A stretch of 64,000 bases of DNA, taken from Chrysemys picta bellii. Taxonomy: Eukaryota. The stretch is from NCBI RefSeq assembly GCF_011386835.1, contig NC_088794.1:26722001-26786000 (forward strand), in the 5' to 3' direction. Position numbers and translations under genes: made by a program. The notes beneath the pieces were generated by a model, which ran no database searches, had not been told where the DNA came from, and was given only the letters and a program-made list of their open reading frames with translations. Of this stretch, positions 1 through 9,714 are shown piece after piece (position 1 is the stretch's first letter; each line of letters opens with the position of its first letter).

Positions 1-69
1 TCCCTGCCCCCCTCATTGAAGCTTCCGGGAAAGGTGTGCAGGATTACTGCCCTGGGAACTCCAGGGCAC

Positions 70-845
70 CACTGGACATGGGGCTGGCTGGAGACAGGGC
101 AGGGGCTGACTGGAGGTAGGGTCTGGCTGCAGGCAGGGGAAGGGATGAGGGGCTGGCTGGAGACAGGGGTGTGTGCGGTGGGCTGGCTGGCTTCAGGCAG
201 GGCCGCAGGGGTGTGTGGCATGGGTTGGCAGGGCTGGAGACAGAGGAGTGCGGGACTGGCTGGCTTCAGGCAGGGGTGTGCGGCAGGGGTTGGCTGGAAA
301 CAGGGCAGAGGGTGCGGGGCTGGCTACAGGCAGGGCAGGGGGTGCAGGGCTGGTGTGGGCAGGGCATAGGGTGCAGGGCTGGTGCGGGCAGGGGTGTGTG
401 TGGGGCTGGCTGGCTTCAGGAAGGGCTGCAGGGGGGTGCGGCAGGGGCTGGCTGTGGGCAGGGGGTGCAGGGCTGGCTGCAGGCAGTAGCAGGGCAGGGG
501 GGGCAGGGCTGGTGCGGGCAGGGGGTGTGGCAGGGGCTGGCTGCGGGCAGGGGGTGCGGGGCTGGCTGGAGACGGGCTGGCTGGAGGCAGGGCAGGGGGT
601 GCGGGACTGGCTGGAGACGGGGCAGGGGGTGCGGGGCTGGCTAGAGATGGGCTGGTGTGGGCAGGGTAGGAGGTGCGGGGCTGGCTGGAGACAGGGCAGG
701 GGATGTGGGGTTGGCTAGAGATGGGCTTGCTGCGGGCAGGGCAGGGGGTGCGGGGCTGGAGGCAGGGTAGGGGGTGCAGCAGGGGCTGGCTGCGGGCAGG
801 GCAGGGGGTGTGGGGCTGGTGCAGGCAGGGGGTGCGGGTACAGCC
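70..845 (+). repeat. G-rich degenerate minisatellite (~30-bp unit GGGGCTGGCTGCGGGCAGGGCAGGGGGTGC)
   Basis: Visible tandem recurrence and strong G/C skew; lies in fascin-like intron 4. Confidence 0.85.
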
Positions 846-879
846 CACCCTGTACGGTGAGTGCCCCCTCCTCCTCCCT

Positions 880-1289
880 CCCCCACTGGGGTAGCAGCAG
901 CAGCAGCCGCCCGTGGCTTGGGGGCTATTTAAAGGGCCCGGGGCTCCCCTGCTTCCACTGCCCCAGCCCTGTATATAGCCAAGGGAGCCCTGGGGAAGCG
1001 GTGGGGCTCCAGTGGCTATTTAAAGGGCCAGGGCGGTAGAAGCAACGGGAGCCCTGGACTTTTTAAATAGCCCCCAGAGCTCTGCAGCCCTACCCCAGAG
1101 CTCCAGCAGTGGGGCTCTGGTGGGAATTTAAAGGGCCTGGGGCTCAAGCCCCTGCTGGGAGCCCTGGGTCCTTTAAATTGCCCCCTGGGGAAGCCGGGCC
1201 ACCCTGGTACCGGGGCTTGGGCGCGGGGCCCTTTTAGGCACGGGGCCCGATTCAGGGGAATTGGTTGAATTGGCCTAAAGCCGGCCCTG
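880..1289. mobile_element. hAT-like non-autonomous element, one end only
   Basis: End GCCGGCCCTG at 1280-1289 (reverse complement CAGGGCCGGC); repeated TTTAAAGGGCC subterminal motifs; other end not seen. Confidence 0.45.
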
Positions 1290-1588
1290 GGCCCCGAAGC
1301 AAGGGGATTTAACCCCTAACTTGCTGGCACCCTCTGAATAGGCCACTCCTGGAACGGGGCACACTCTAGCAGCTGGGATTGGATAGCAGGGCAGGGGAGA
1401 GCCAGGGCCAGCCTGCCCTGTGCTGGCAGTTGCCTACATCCCTGTCCCAGCGATGTGTTCGCCCCCTGCTGGTAGATCGCCAGAGCTGCACTGCGGCAGG
1501 CAGCATGCTGCAGGCCAAAGCCGGTGGTTCTGTCGATCTCCCCCCATCGGGGGATCTGTGCCAATCCCCTGGCTCCGGCCACACTCAC

Positions 1589-1707
1589 CACAGCAAGATA
1601 GGTGCCGGAGGAGCTGCGAAAGCAGGCCTGCTTAGTGACATCGTTCAGCAGCAGCTGGAAAATCTCCGTGTTGCCGACGGACGTGGCATTGGCATAGATG
1701 TCAGCCC
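1589..1707 (-). CDS. fascin-like coding exon 4 (GADIYANA...GTYLAV)
   Basis: acceptor ctgcccacag|GG; donor GTG|GTGAGT; 119 nt. Confidence 0.88.
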
Positions 1708-4700
1708 CTGTGGGCAGCAAGAGACACACAGTAAAAAGGCTGGCAGTGTGGTGCCAGCCTGGAAAGTCAATAACGCCCTCCCCCAGGGCCCAGAAGGGCC
1801 GGTATGTGTATCACTGCTGCCCTCTGCTGGCTGCAGCTGGACCTACTCCAGTCAACTTCCATCCACCACAGCAGATGGGGACACAGCCCTGTGAAGAGAT
1901 CCCAAGGGCTAACTGGGACCCTGTGGCTGCCCACATAATGCAGAGCCCCCTTGAAAATATGAATGGAGGGTAATTAACAATGGGATACCTGCCTGAGGCT
2001 GTAGGCAGACAGCCTGAAACAACAGCTAGGAAAGGAAGTGCCGGCTGATCCGGCAGCTCTATGGACTGTTAAGCATGAAACCTACTGACTATCTGTCAAT
2101 GCCAAACCCCATGGGCCATGTTCAACATGTGGGGGTAGCCCAGTATACAATGCTTTACACAAAATAAACAGCACAGTGCAGATTTCCACATTCCACTGGG
2201 TGCCATATTGCAAACGACTTGTATCTTTCTCAGAGACCACCGGATTTTGCTGCAGAATTCAGATCACACCGTAGTTTAATACAGATGACAACAATAGGGG
2301 CCTGAACCAAGATCAGGCCCCATTGTGCTAGGGGCTGTATAGACACAGTGACAGCCCCTGCCCTACAGATCTGACTGTTTCACTACACAAACAGGGGAGA
2401 AAGGAAGGAACGTTCTGCACATAGGGAACAGAGGCCTAGAGAGATGCAGTGATTTGAGCTAGGTCCCGCAGGGAGCCGGGAAATGAACCCAGATCCAGTC
2501 CCAGTCCAGTGCTGCAACCACTAGGCCTTGTATGTGCAGAGTGCCCCAGAATACATGGGGCCTGGCTGCCAGGTCTGCTCCTGCTGCAGCACGTGTGCCC
2601 GTCTGGAGAGCAGCCCAGGGCGGGGGGGGGGGGGGGGGGAGAGTTGGAGTGGGAATAGCAGCAGCCAGCAGGGCAAGTGGTGCCATCTGGATGCAGCACC
2701 GGGTTCCCCACCCTGCCCCGCTCACCTGGCCTGCAGCAGACAAAGCGGCCCCCGGCGAAGGTGCGCAGCGAGACCTGTGCAGCACTGGGCTCCAGAGCAA
2801 AGAGCTCGTCGCGCCCCGGCTTGTCCGTCTTGAAGGTCTTGACGATGCCCTCGCGCCCAGTCAGGTACCTGCCATCCGTGTCCCGCAGGGCCAGCAGGCC
2901 ACCCCGCAGCTCCAGGGAGTAGAGCGTCTGAGGGGACAGCTCGGCCTGTAGTGAGCCGTCGGCAGCCAGGAGGCTCCCAGCCCCGCTCCGCAGCCCGTAC
3001 TTCTTCTCTAGAGACGGGGCAGGGAGGCAACATTAGAGAGAGAGTCATCCTGGCACCGGGGCACCATGGCCCAGTGCTGCTGGCCTAACAGCCCTCCCAG
3101 CTGTACAGGATCCGAGCCTCTGGCAATCCCAGTGATGCTGCAGGCCCGTGGGACACATGCAATGGGCGAGCATGCACCCCACCTCATCTACACGTATATT
3201 TCCTATCCCACCTCAGTGCCCTGGCCTCCCACATCCTTCCTTGCACCCTCAGATCCTTCCCCACCCACCCCAGCGCCCAATACCCCACTCCCCTGCTCAC
3301 ATCTTCCCCCTTCCCTCCGATCTGCTCCCACATGGCACCCCCCTGGTCCCCCACCCCCTTACTCTCCAGTACCTCCCCTCAGCTCCCCTCACCCCAGCAG
3401 GGCAGAGCACCCCTGAGGAAGCGGGGAGGGGCTGCCCACCTTTGAGGTCAAAGTGGAGGGTGATGACGGCCTCGGGCCCCCAGGGCAGATCGCGGTCGCA
3501 GCGCATGTGCCCGGTCTGCTGGTCGCAGCGCATGTAGCGCTGCTTGCCGGGGTTCAGCATGTGCCCGTTGGGGTGCTGGGCCAAGTGCAGGCTCCACTTC
3601 TCGCCCTCACTCACGGTCTGGGCAAAGCAGGTGACGTTGTCCTCGGCCCCGCCCAGGTAGCGCTGGGAGAGCTCGCACTGCAGGGACACCTGCCGGGAGG
3701 GGCAGCTTGTCAGTGCCAGGGCAGGGTGGGTACAGACATGTCTTCCCTGTGGGCAAAGCACATACCCAAGCAAGGAGGGGCCGGTGCCAGCAGGGCTCGG
3801 GGGGCAGTGCTGGCTCCTCCAGTGCAGACCCCAGCACAGGAATCGAGGGCCCCGGTTTGCGTGTGGGAGCCTGGGGGAAGCCACAGGAAGACGTGGGTGT
3901 GTTGGTACATGGAGGAGAGAAGCCGGCACTGTCACATGAGCCACGCTCAGCAGCCAGAGGGGCTGGGCTGGCTGGAAGAGGGTCCAGGAGAAGGGTACAT
4001 AGACCTCTCCCACCTGGGCTGCAGTGCAGCAAGGGAGCCCCAGTGGCACCCACATCCTTACCTTCTGTGGGACCAGGGACCTGCAGGATCCCCCATTTCC
4101 TTGGTAAAGTGGAGGTGGGAAATACTCAGGGCTCGTATGTCTGAGGAGAGGATGTCCGGGCCTTAGAGCACAGGAGCGCCCCCAGCTGGGTCCATGCTGA
4201 CACGTGAGCTTTGACAGCTCGTCTTCTGCCTGCTCTTCAGCCCCTGGCTCCGTCCGACCCATGGGCAGGACCCGCTTGACCCCAAGACCCCTGAGCAATC
4301 ATGCCCCTGGCTCCGCTTCAGCCCACATCCAAAGTGACTCAGTCAGTCTCAGCTCAGGGGCTCCACCCACCCCTCATGCTGGCCAGGTGGCTTGTTTGGA
4401 GGCTCCCAGCCACAGCATCTGAGACATGGGCACCTGCGCCACCAGGTTGAGATGCCTACAACTTATCTGCCCCAGACCCCTCAGCAGCCGGCCCGCGGGA
4501 AGGCTTTTGGTCACTACCAGCTCCAGCCAGACTCCAGTCACTGGCCTGGAGGCAAAAAGTGCCTCCCCATCCCTGGAGCTTACAGTGGGACCAGCACCCT
4601 AAAAGCGGGCCCCGAGCCAACCGGCCCTCAGGGAGCACCCAGTCACCTCCAGCCAGTGACACAGCGACTGTGCCCACAGAAGGGGGATTTCTTGGGGGCT

Positions 4701-5613
4701 GTGTGGCCCCCTGGTGGCTGCAGGGTAGAGGATCTAAGCAGGCACAGGACAAACTTCCTTCCCAACACACAAATCGGGGGGGACGGGGGAACTGAGATGA
4801 GCCCACCCATCCTGTGTTGTAGAGACCCACTAATGGTGGGTTGAGGCCATGGTCACTCTCCAATATAGTGCGGTGCCCCTAAGGCCTTGGCCACAGCAGA
4901 GAGGTCGCTTGGTGGGAGAGCTAATTCTGACTTGACATGGCACCCGAGCTCATCTGCACTTCCCCATGCCCCGGCTCAGTGCAAGGACCCCCACTGATCT
5001 GTGGGGAGCCCCTTTGTCAGCTGAGCCCTAGCCAGCTTTGCTCCTCCCCCAGTTGTCAGGTCCCCCTAGCCGGGGTGCTGGGAGATTGCCCATAGGGAGG
5101 GCAGGGGACTGCGGGCTCTACCATCAGATGGGCTGATATGGCAGCAGTATGTGGGTGCTAGGTGCTGGGGCAGGTGGGGGCTCACACCTTGCCCTCAGGT
5201 GCTGCTGCAGCAGGAGGGGGGCCTGGGGTCAGTGGAGCTGGTGCCTGGGGTGGGGGGCAATGGAGAGTTCTGGGTGGGTGGAGTTTGCACACCTTGCCAT
5301 CTGGGTACTGCCGCAGCAGGAAGAGGGCACCTGGGCCCGGGCTCTCCTGGTCACAGGTGACTTTGCCGTTGGGATCGGCCGCCAGGAAGCGCTGCAGCCA
5401 GCTGAGCAGATGCAGTCTCTGCCCGCTCTCCTCAGCCTGCCCGGCCGCTCCGGCTCCCTGTGAGGGCACGAAGCGGAGCATCCAGACCTGGCGGAGCCGC
5501 AGCACCAAGCCCGTGGCCACCACCTGGAAGCGGAAGGGCTCGGCGCTCAGGTACCGGTTGGCGGCATTGATAAGGCCACAGGGCAGCGAGGTGGGTACAG
5601 TGGAGTCAGCCAT
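1589..5613 (-). CDS. Fascin-family actin-bundling protein, divergent paralogue, 3'-partial; join(5613-5293,3689-3440,3007-2726,1707-1589), 324 aa visible
   Basis: Four GT-AG exons join in frame. Motifs GLINAANRYLSAEPFRFQV, RYLGGAEDNVTCFAQTV, CDRDLPWG, KPGRDELFALE and EIFQLLL match fascin beta-trefoil repeats. Remaining exons were not found in 1-1588, so they lie beyond the left edge. Confidence 0.88.
2726..3007 (-). CDS. fascin-like coding exon 3 (EKKYGLRS...FVCCRP)
   Basis: acceptor ccccgtctctag|AG; donor CCAG|GTGAGC; 282 nt, frame preserved. Confidence 0.9.
3440..3689 (-). CDS. fascin-like coding exon 2 (VSLQCELSQRYLGG...HFDLK)
   Basis: acceptor ctcccggcag|GTG; donor AAAG|GTGGGC, phase 1. 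Confidence 0.88.
5293..5613 (-). CDS. fascin-like coding exon 1 (MADSTVPT...YPDGK)
   Basis: ATG at 5613; donor AAG|GTGTGC, phase 0. Confidence 0.85.
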
Positions 5614-6650
5614 GGGGCTCTGATCACTCCCACTCGTCCCACCTGGGCTGCTATATGGCACTGGGACTGCTCAGACACGCCCACAACAATGGGCACCAGG
5701 CAACTGGGCCGTCACTGCATAGGCCCCACCCCACAGCACTAGCCCCGCCCACTCCACAGCTCCACCCCCACACATCTAGCTCCACTTACACCCTGGCTCC
5801 ACCCCCACCTTATGAGCCACTCAGGCGCTCATGGCTTCACCCCCAACATGGACACGTCACTAACGGAGCAGCATCCACAATGGAGGGGCCATAGCTGTGC
5901 TCCATCCCTACAACCTAGGGGGATGTTACACTTGCTGGTAAGGGCTTTGCCCCCAGCCCTCTCAGGGACCACAGCCCAACCCCCACCCTGCGTTAGGAGC
6001 AGAACCCCTCCCTCAAGCCCTCCAGCTGCAGCCTTTGACTCCAACCCCAAGCGCTGCTAGGCTAAGCTGGTGGCAGGTAAGGACACCCTGTCCCAGGCCC
6101 CTGGGGGAGGGAACAGAAGACAGTGAAGCCATTGAGAACGAGAGTGCACATGCCACCCCAGGGCGAGCGCATCAGCCAGCTCCCCTCTTCCTGCAGGTTC
6201 CAGAACATCTCTGACAGCCCTGATTACTGGGCGGATGGAAAGCTGGAGGGCCAATAGCTGACATCAGAGCCATGGCATCTCATGGCCCCACAGAAGTGCT
6301 GGAAGAGTACAAGATTGAGCCTTGCAAGACTTCACAAGGGAGGGCCTTAGAGTACCAGCCGCAGCTGCCCATCCTCCTGCGATCCCCAGAATGACCAGAG
6401 TCAGTTCACGCTGCCCCAGCCACTCTGGCCTGGGCTCGCAGGCAGGACTTCACACTCATCAGGGTGAAAGGCTGCAGACTGAGCAGTGTGAGTACAGACA
6501 CCTGACCTCTGGCCACAGCCTAAAGCTCAGTGCTACCACAGCTGGTCTGAAGGGCACAAGGCTAGGGGATGCAGTCTGATTGCCACTGGCACTTCAGCCA
6601 TACCTGGGAAAGAGAGGCCTGAAAGGGCAGCGGCTTACAAGACTGGCACC

Positions 6651-6890
6651 CAGGGCCGAAGAGAGGGGGGGAAGCTGGTACAAATTACTGGGGCCCGATG
6701 GTCCAGAAGGGGGCCCCAGCTTGCACTCCCTCTTGTTGGCCCTGTTTAGCCGGTCCACCCTTGCTGGGGGGCCCAAAAAAATTCCAGGCCCAGCTTTTCC
6801 CCACCCCACCCCCGTTTAGCTGGTCCGCCCTTGCTGGGGGGCCCGAAATTTTTTTTTCACCAGGGCCCGAACTCTCTCTTGGCAGCCCTG
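6651..6890. mobile_element. hAT-type MITE
   Basis: TIRs CAGGGCCG.../...CAGCCCTG with an 8-bp TSD CTGGCACC at 6643-6650 and 6891-6898. Confidence 0.85.
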
Positions 6891-7689
6891 CTGGCACCAT
6901 GCAGGGCTGCTTTCTTGATTGCTGCCTGAAGGATGCCTCGAAGAGACAGGCAGGCTGTTTCTCTGCAGGAGCCACCAGCTAGCCCTCATCATCCCTGGTG
7001 GGACCCATTTCACATGTGACCTGAATGTACCTCAGCTTCCCAGGACCTCAGTGATTGGTCCAAACTCAAAGAAGGTATTGTACCCTAGGGCCCAGCACAC
7101 AACATCCCAGGGGCCCTCACACTGGGGCCAGACGGAGCAGCCCTGCATCTGTCTTGTTACATGTGCTCCGATCTACCAGCTCAGAAGGGCTCTGGCTTTT
7201 TCTCAGCAGGGTGGCAGAAGATTAGTTTCTACCTATCACACTGGGGGGCTCTCACTGGACTTCATATGTAGCTAGTCAATGTAGGTGCAAAAATCACAGC
7301 TAGGCAGGGCAACTGACTCCTATCATAGCATATACTTCCCTCCTTGCCTCTTCCTCCCCCAAATCCTGCTGAGGGCCACAGCTCCTTCAGCATGGGGAAG
7401 GGAATCGCCCCCACCAATAGAGTCATTGAGTCAGAGTTCAAGGCCAGAAGGGGCCACCAGATCATCAAGCCTGACTTGAATACTCCAGGCCATCACCACC
7501 AGCCTAACTGGATGTGCTCCATTCTCTCTTTCCCCACTAGTTTGGGTCTCCCTCCCTCCTCACACATACACCAAGAACTAGTTCATAACTGACACCGAGT
7601 CCCAACCCCTTGTGCAGGGCTGCCAGAAGCCTGCATTTGCCAAGTGTCTTCCTTTTACAAGGAACCACCCCAGAAATTCAACTTGGAAG

Positions 7690-7860
7690 GGGCCAATCAG
7701 GTCCCACTTAGTCCATCAGGATTGGTCCCAACAGGACATCATCTAGGAATTTGTCCCTAGTCTAATTTTAGGTGTCTTCAGTGGTGGGGTTTCCCCCACT
7801 TCTCCTGGGAGATTGTTCTGCAGATCTCACCTCTGTGTGGTCCTCTCCATAGGGAAGTCT
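7690..7860 (-). mobile_element. old CR1 3' fragment
   Basis: Resembles CR1 3' end reverse complement (GTCTTCAGTGGTGGGGTTTCCCCCACTTCTCCTGGGAG). Confidence 0.45.
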
Positions 7861-7914
7861 GCAACTAGCCTTCTGCCATACCTCACTTGAGAGCTACCTC
7901 CAGCTCTGTCTTCC

Positions 7915-7960
7915 AAATAAATCCGTTAGTCTTTAAGGTGCCACCAGACTCCTTGTTGTT
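7915..7960. mobile_element. Penelope-like terminal fragment
   Basis: AAATAAATCCGTTAGTCTTTAAGGTGCCACCAGACTCC, similar to the copies at 21020 and 24494. Confidence 0.55.
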
Positions 7961-9714
7961 TCTCCAGCTCTGTCAACACTCCTCCAATCCACCCTACAGC
8001 TCATGTTAGCTGCTTTAGCCAGAGAGCTGCCTCAGGGAGGGATCAGAAGAGACGTTCTTGAGGGAGAAGAGTTTCGAGGAGACTCAAAAGGACTTTTAGG
8101 TTACCTGATATTTTGCATGGCCCTTCTAAACTTGATGAGGTCTCTTGCACCCATTGTAACAGCAGGGTTCCAGCCCGAGCCAAAGGCTCTGAGCAACAGC
8201 CAGAAGAGGGAGTATTTTGACTAGGACCAGGCGTGGCAGAGATGTAGGAATCTGTATGCGGTTTCGAATGGCGCAGGCCGCGCCTATGAACTCCACAGCA
8301 GTCACAGCCCCGGGAGGGAAGGGGGGGACCTCTGCTCCCATCGGCCGCAATTCCATCTACAGAAAGTTCCACACATTATAAAAAGCTGTCGCCAAAAAAG
8401 TAATCTCCCAACCAAAAAACCCCCCAGTAAGGTTGTAAAGGAACCATGCAGCTGCCCTCTGGCAATGAAATCATTAAGCACTTGAAAACCAGGAAATATG
8501 GAGATAGGTTTAAAAAGCACAATTTTAGAACACTATAGTTCAAAGAAACAGAAACACTGCCAACCCCCATGCTGGCAGTATGAGACAAAACCGCCACATT
8601 ACCCTACACATGATCTATCCAATATCCTGTCCTCATCCACCAATAAGAGCTCTGCCCCAGTCACCCTCCCAAAGAGACCCAAGCCCCCCGCCCACAATCC
8701 AGATCCAAGCCAAGGCCAACTTTCCCTACATTCATCATGGACATACAGGCCACCTTCCCTTGATACAGGGGGCTAGACCATCAACAGAAGTCTGTATTAT
8801 TGTAATGCGAACAGAACAGAGAAAACAGCTGACAGTGGGTAGGTGGCCAGGGGAGGGTAACGGAAGGCAAGGGGGGCCGTTTGCATTGACATGTACACCT
8901 CAGTGATTATTTCCAGACTCCAGCATTTAGGGTTTCATTCTAAACCTCTGACTTTCCTACTTCTGATTATTTTAACCTTAACTCAGGCCTACCCAGAATG
9001 GCGCGGTTTCCACCCGCTCAAAAGCACCATGACGTTCAGATCCTCTTGGATAGCAAGGACTGACATACAGCCTGAACCAGTCTGCTGGAGAGCACTCATA
9101 ACTTTGCCTCTGTCTCTTTTGAAGAGTGGATCTCAAAGCATCCCACAGGCACTGATCTGACCTCCTGGGGTGGGGGGCAGCATTCCCTACACTTCACAGG
9201 GCATGGGACTGGCCTGCTGAGGTCAATGGGGCTGCCTAAGGGTAGTGCTGGAAGGTGGTGTTTTTAAAGCGCTACAGCCCTGAATGCTGTCTTGGCTGAG
9301 AGGCAGAGATCCACAACTCCCAAACACTGCTGCTAGTGAACGGTGTGCCCTTAAAGGGTCAGAAACCCATGAAATCTCCCCTACCTGGAGAGGAGGTAGC
9401 CAGAGTGAAGCCATGGCCAAGCGGTTGCTTTCAGTCCCAGCCACTGCTGCAGAGCAGGGGGCTGGGCTGGAGGTGTAGTTTAGAAGCATAGACTTGGCTG
9501 AGGGAGGGCATAGCTGGCATAGCATCCTAGGCAGCCTTCTATATGTCTGACCATTAAATGCTGGTGCTGGTTTTGAGGACTCAGTGCCTCAGAAAATCAG
9601 ACCACAAGCAAGGCCAAGAACCCAAGAGTCCAGAATCCCAAACCCTAGATCCCCATTCACAGCACCAATACCACCACGGCCCCAGAGAGAGAATATTATT
9701 CAATGCAGGTTCCG

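Noticed and set aside
16-894. Multiple Gly/Trp/Pro-rich ORFs on both strands
   Set aside because: Translations of a G-rich minisatellite that lacks stop codons.
2436-2603. Possible fascin exon after ctctccag| (DGHTCCSRSRPG...)
   Set aside because: No fascin similarity; exon 3 joins cleanly to 1707.
3297-4298. 333-aa ORF on the - strand
   Set aside because: Only 3440-3689 is fascin exon 2; the rest is open GC-rich intron with no recognisable domain.
4570-4615. SGTSTLKAG resembling fascin SGTLKAG
   Set aside because: Opposite strand to the gene and too short; chance match.
5692-5704. Half X-box (GTTGCCTGGTGCC on -) upstream of the fascin-like ATG
   Set aside because: Only one half-site fits; not distinguishable from chance.
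8003-8224. 73-aa ORF with a hydrophobic stretch, considered as TMEM216
   Set aside because: No similarity to recalled TMEM216 and no supporting splice structure.
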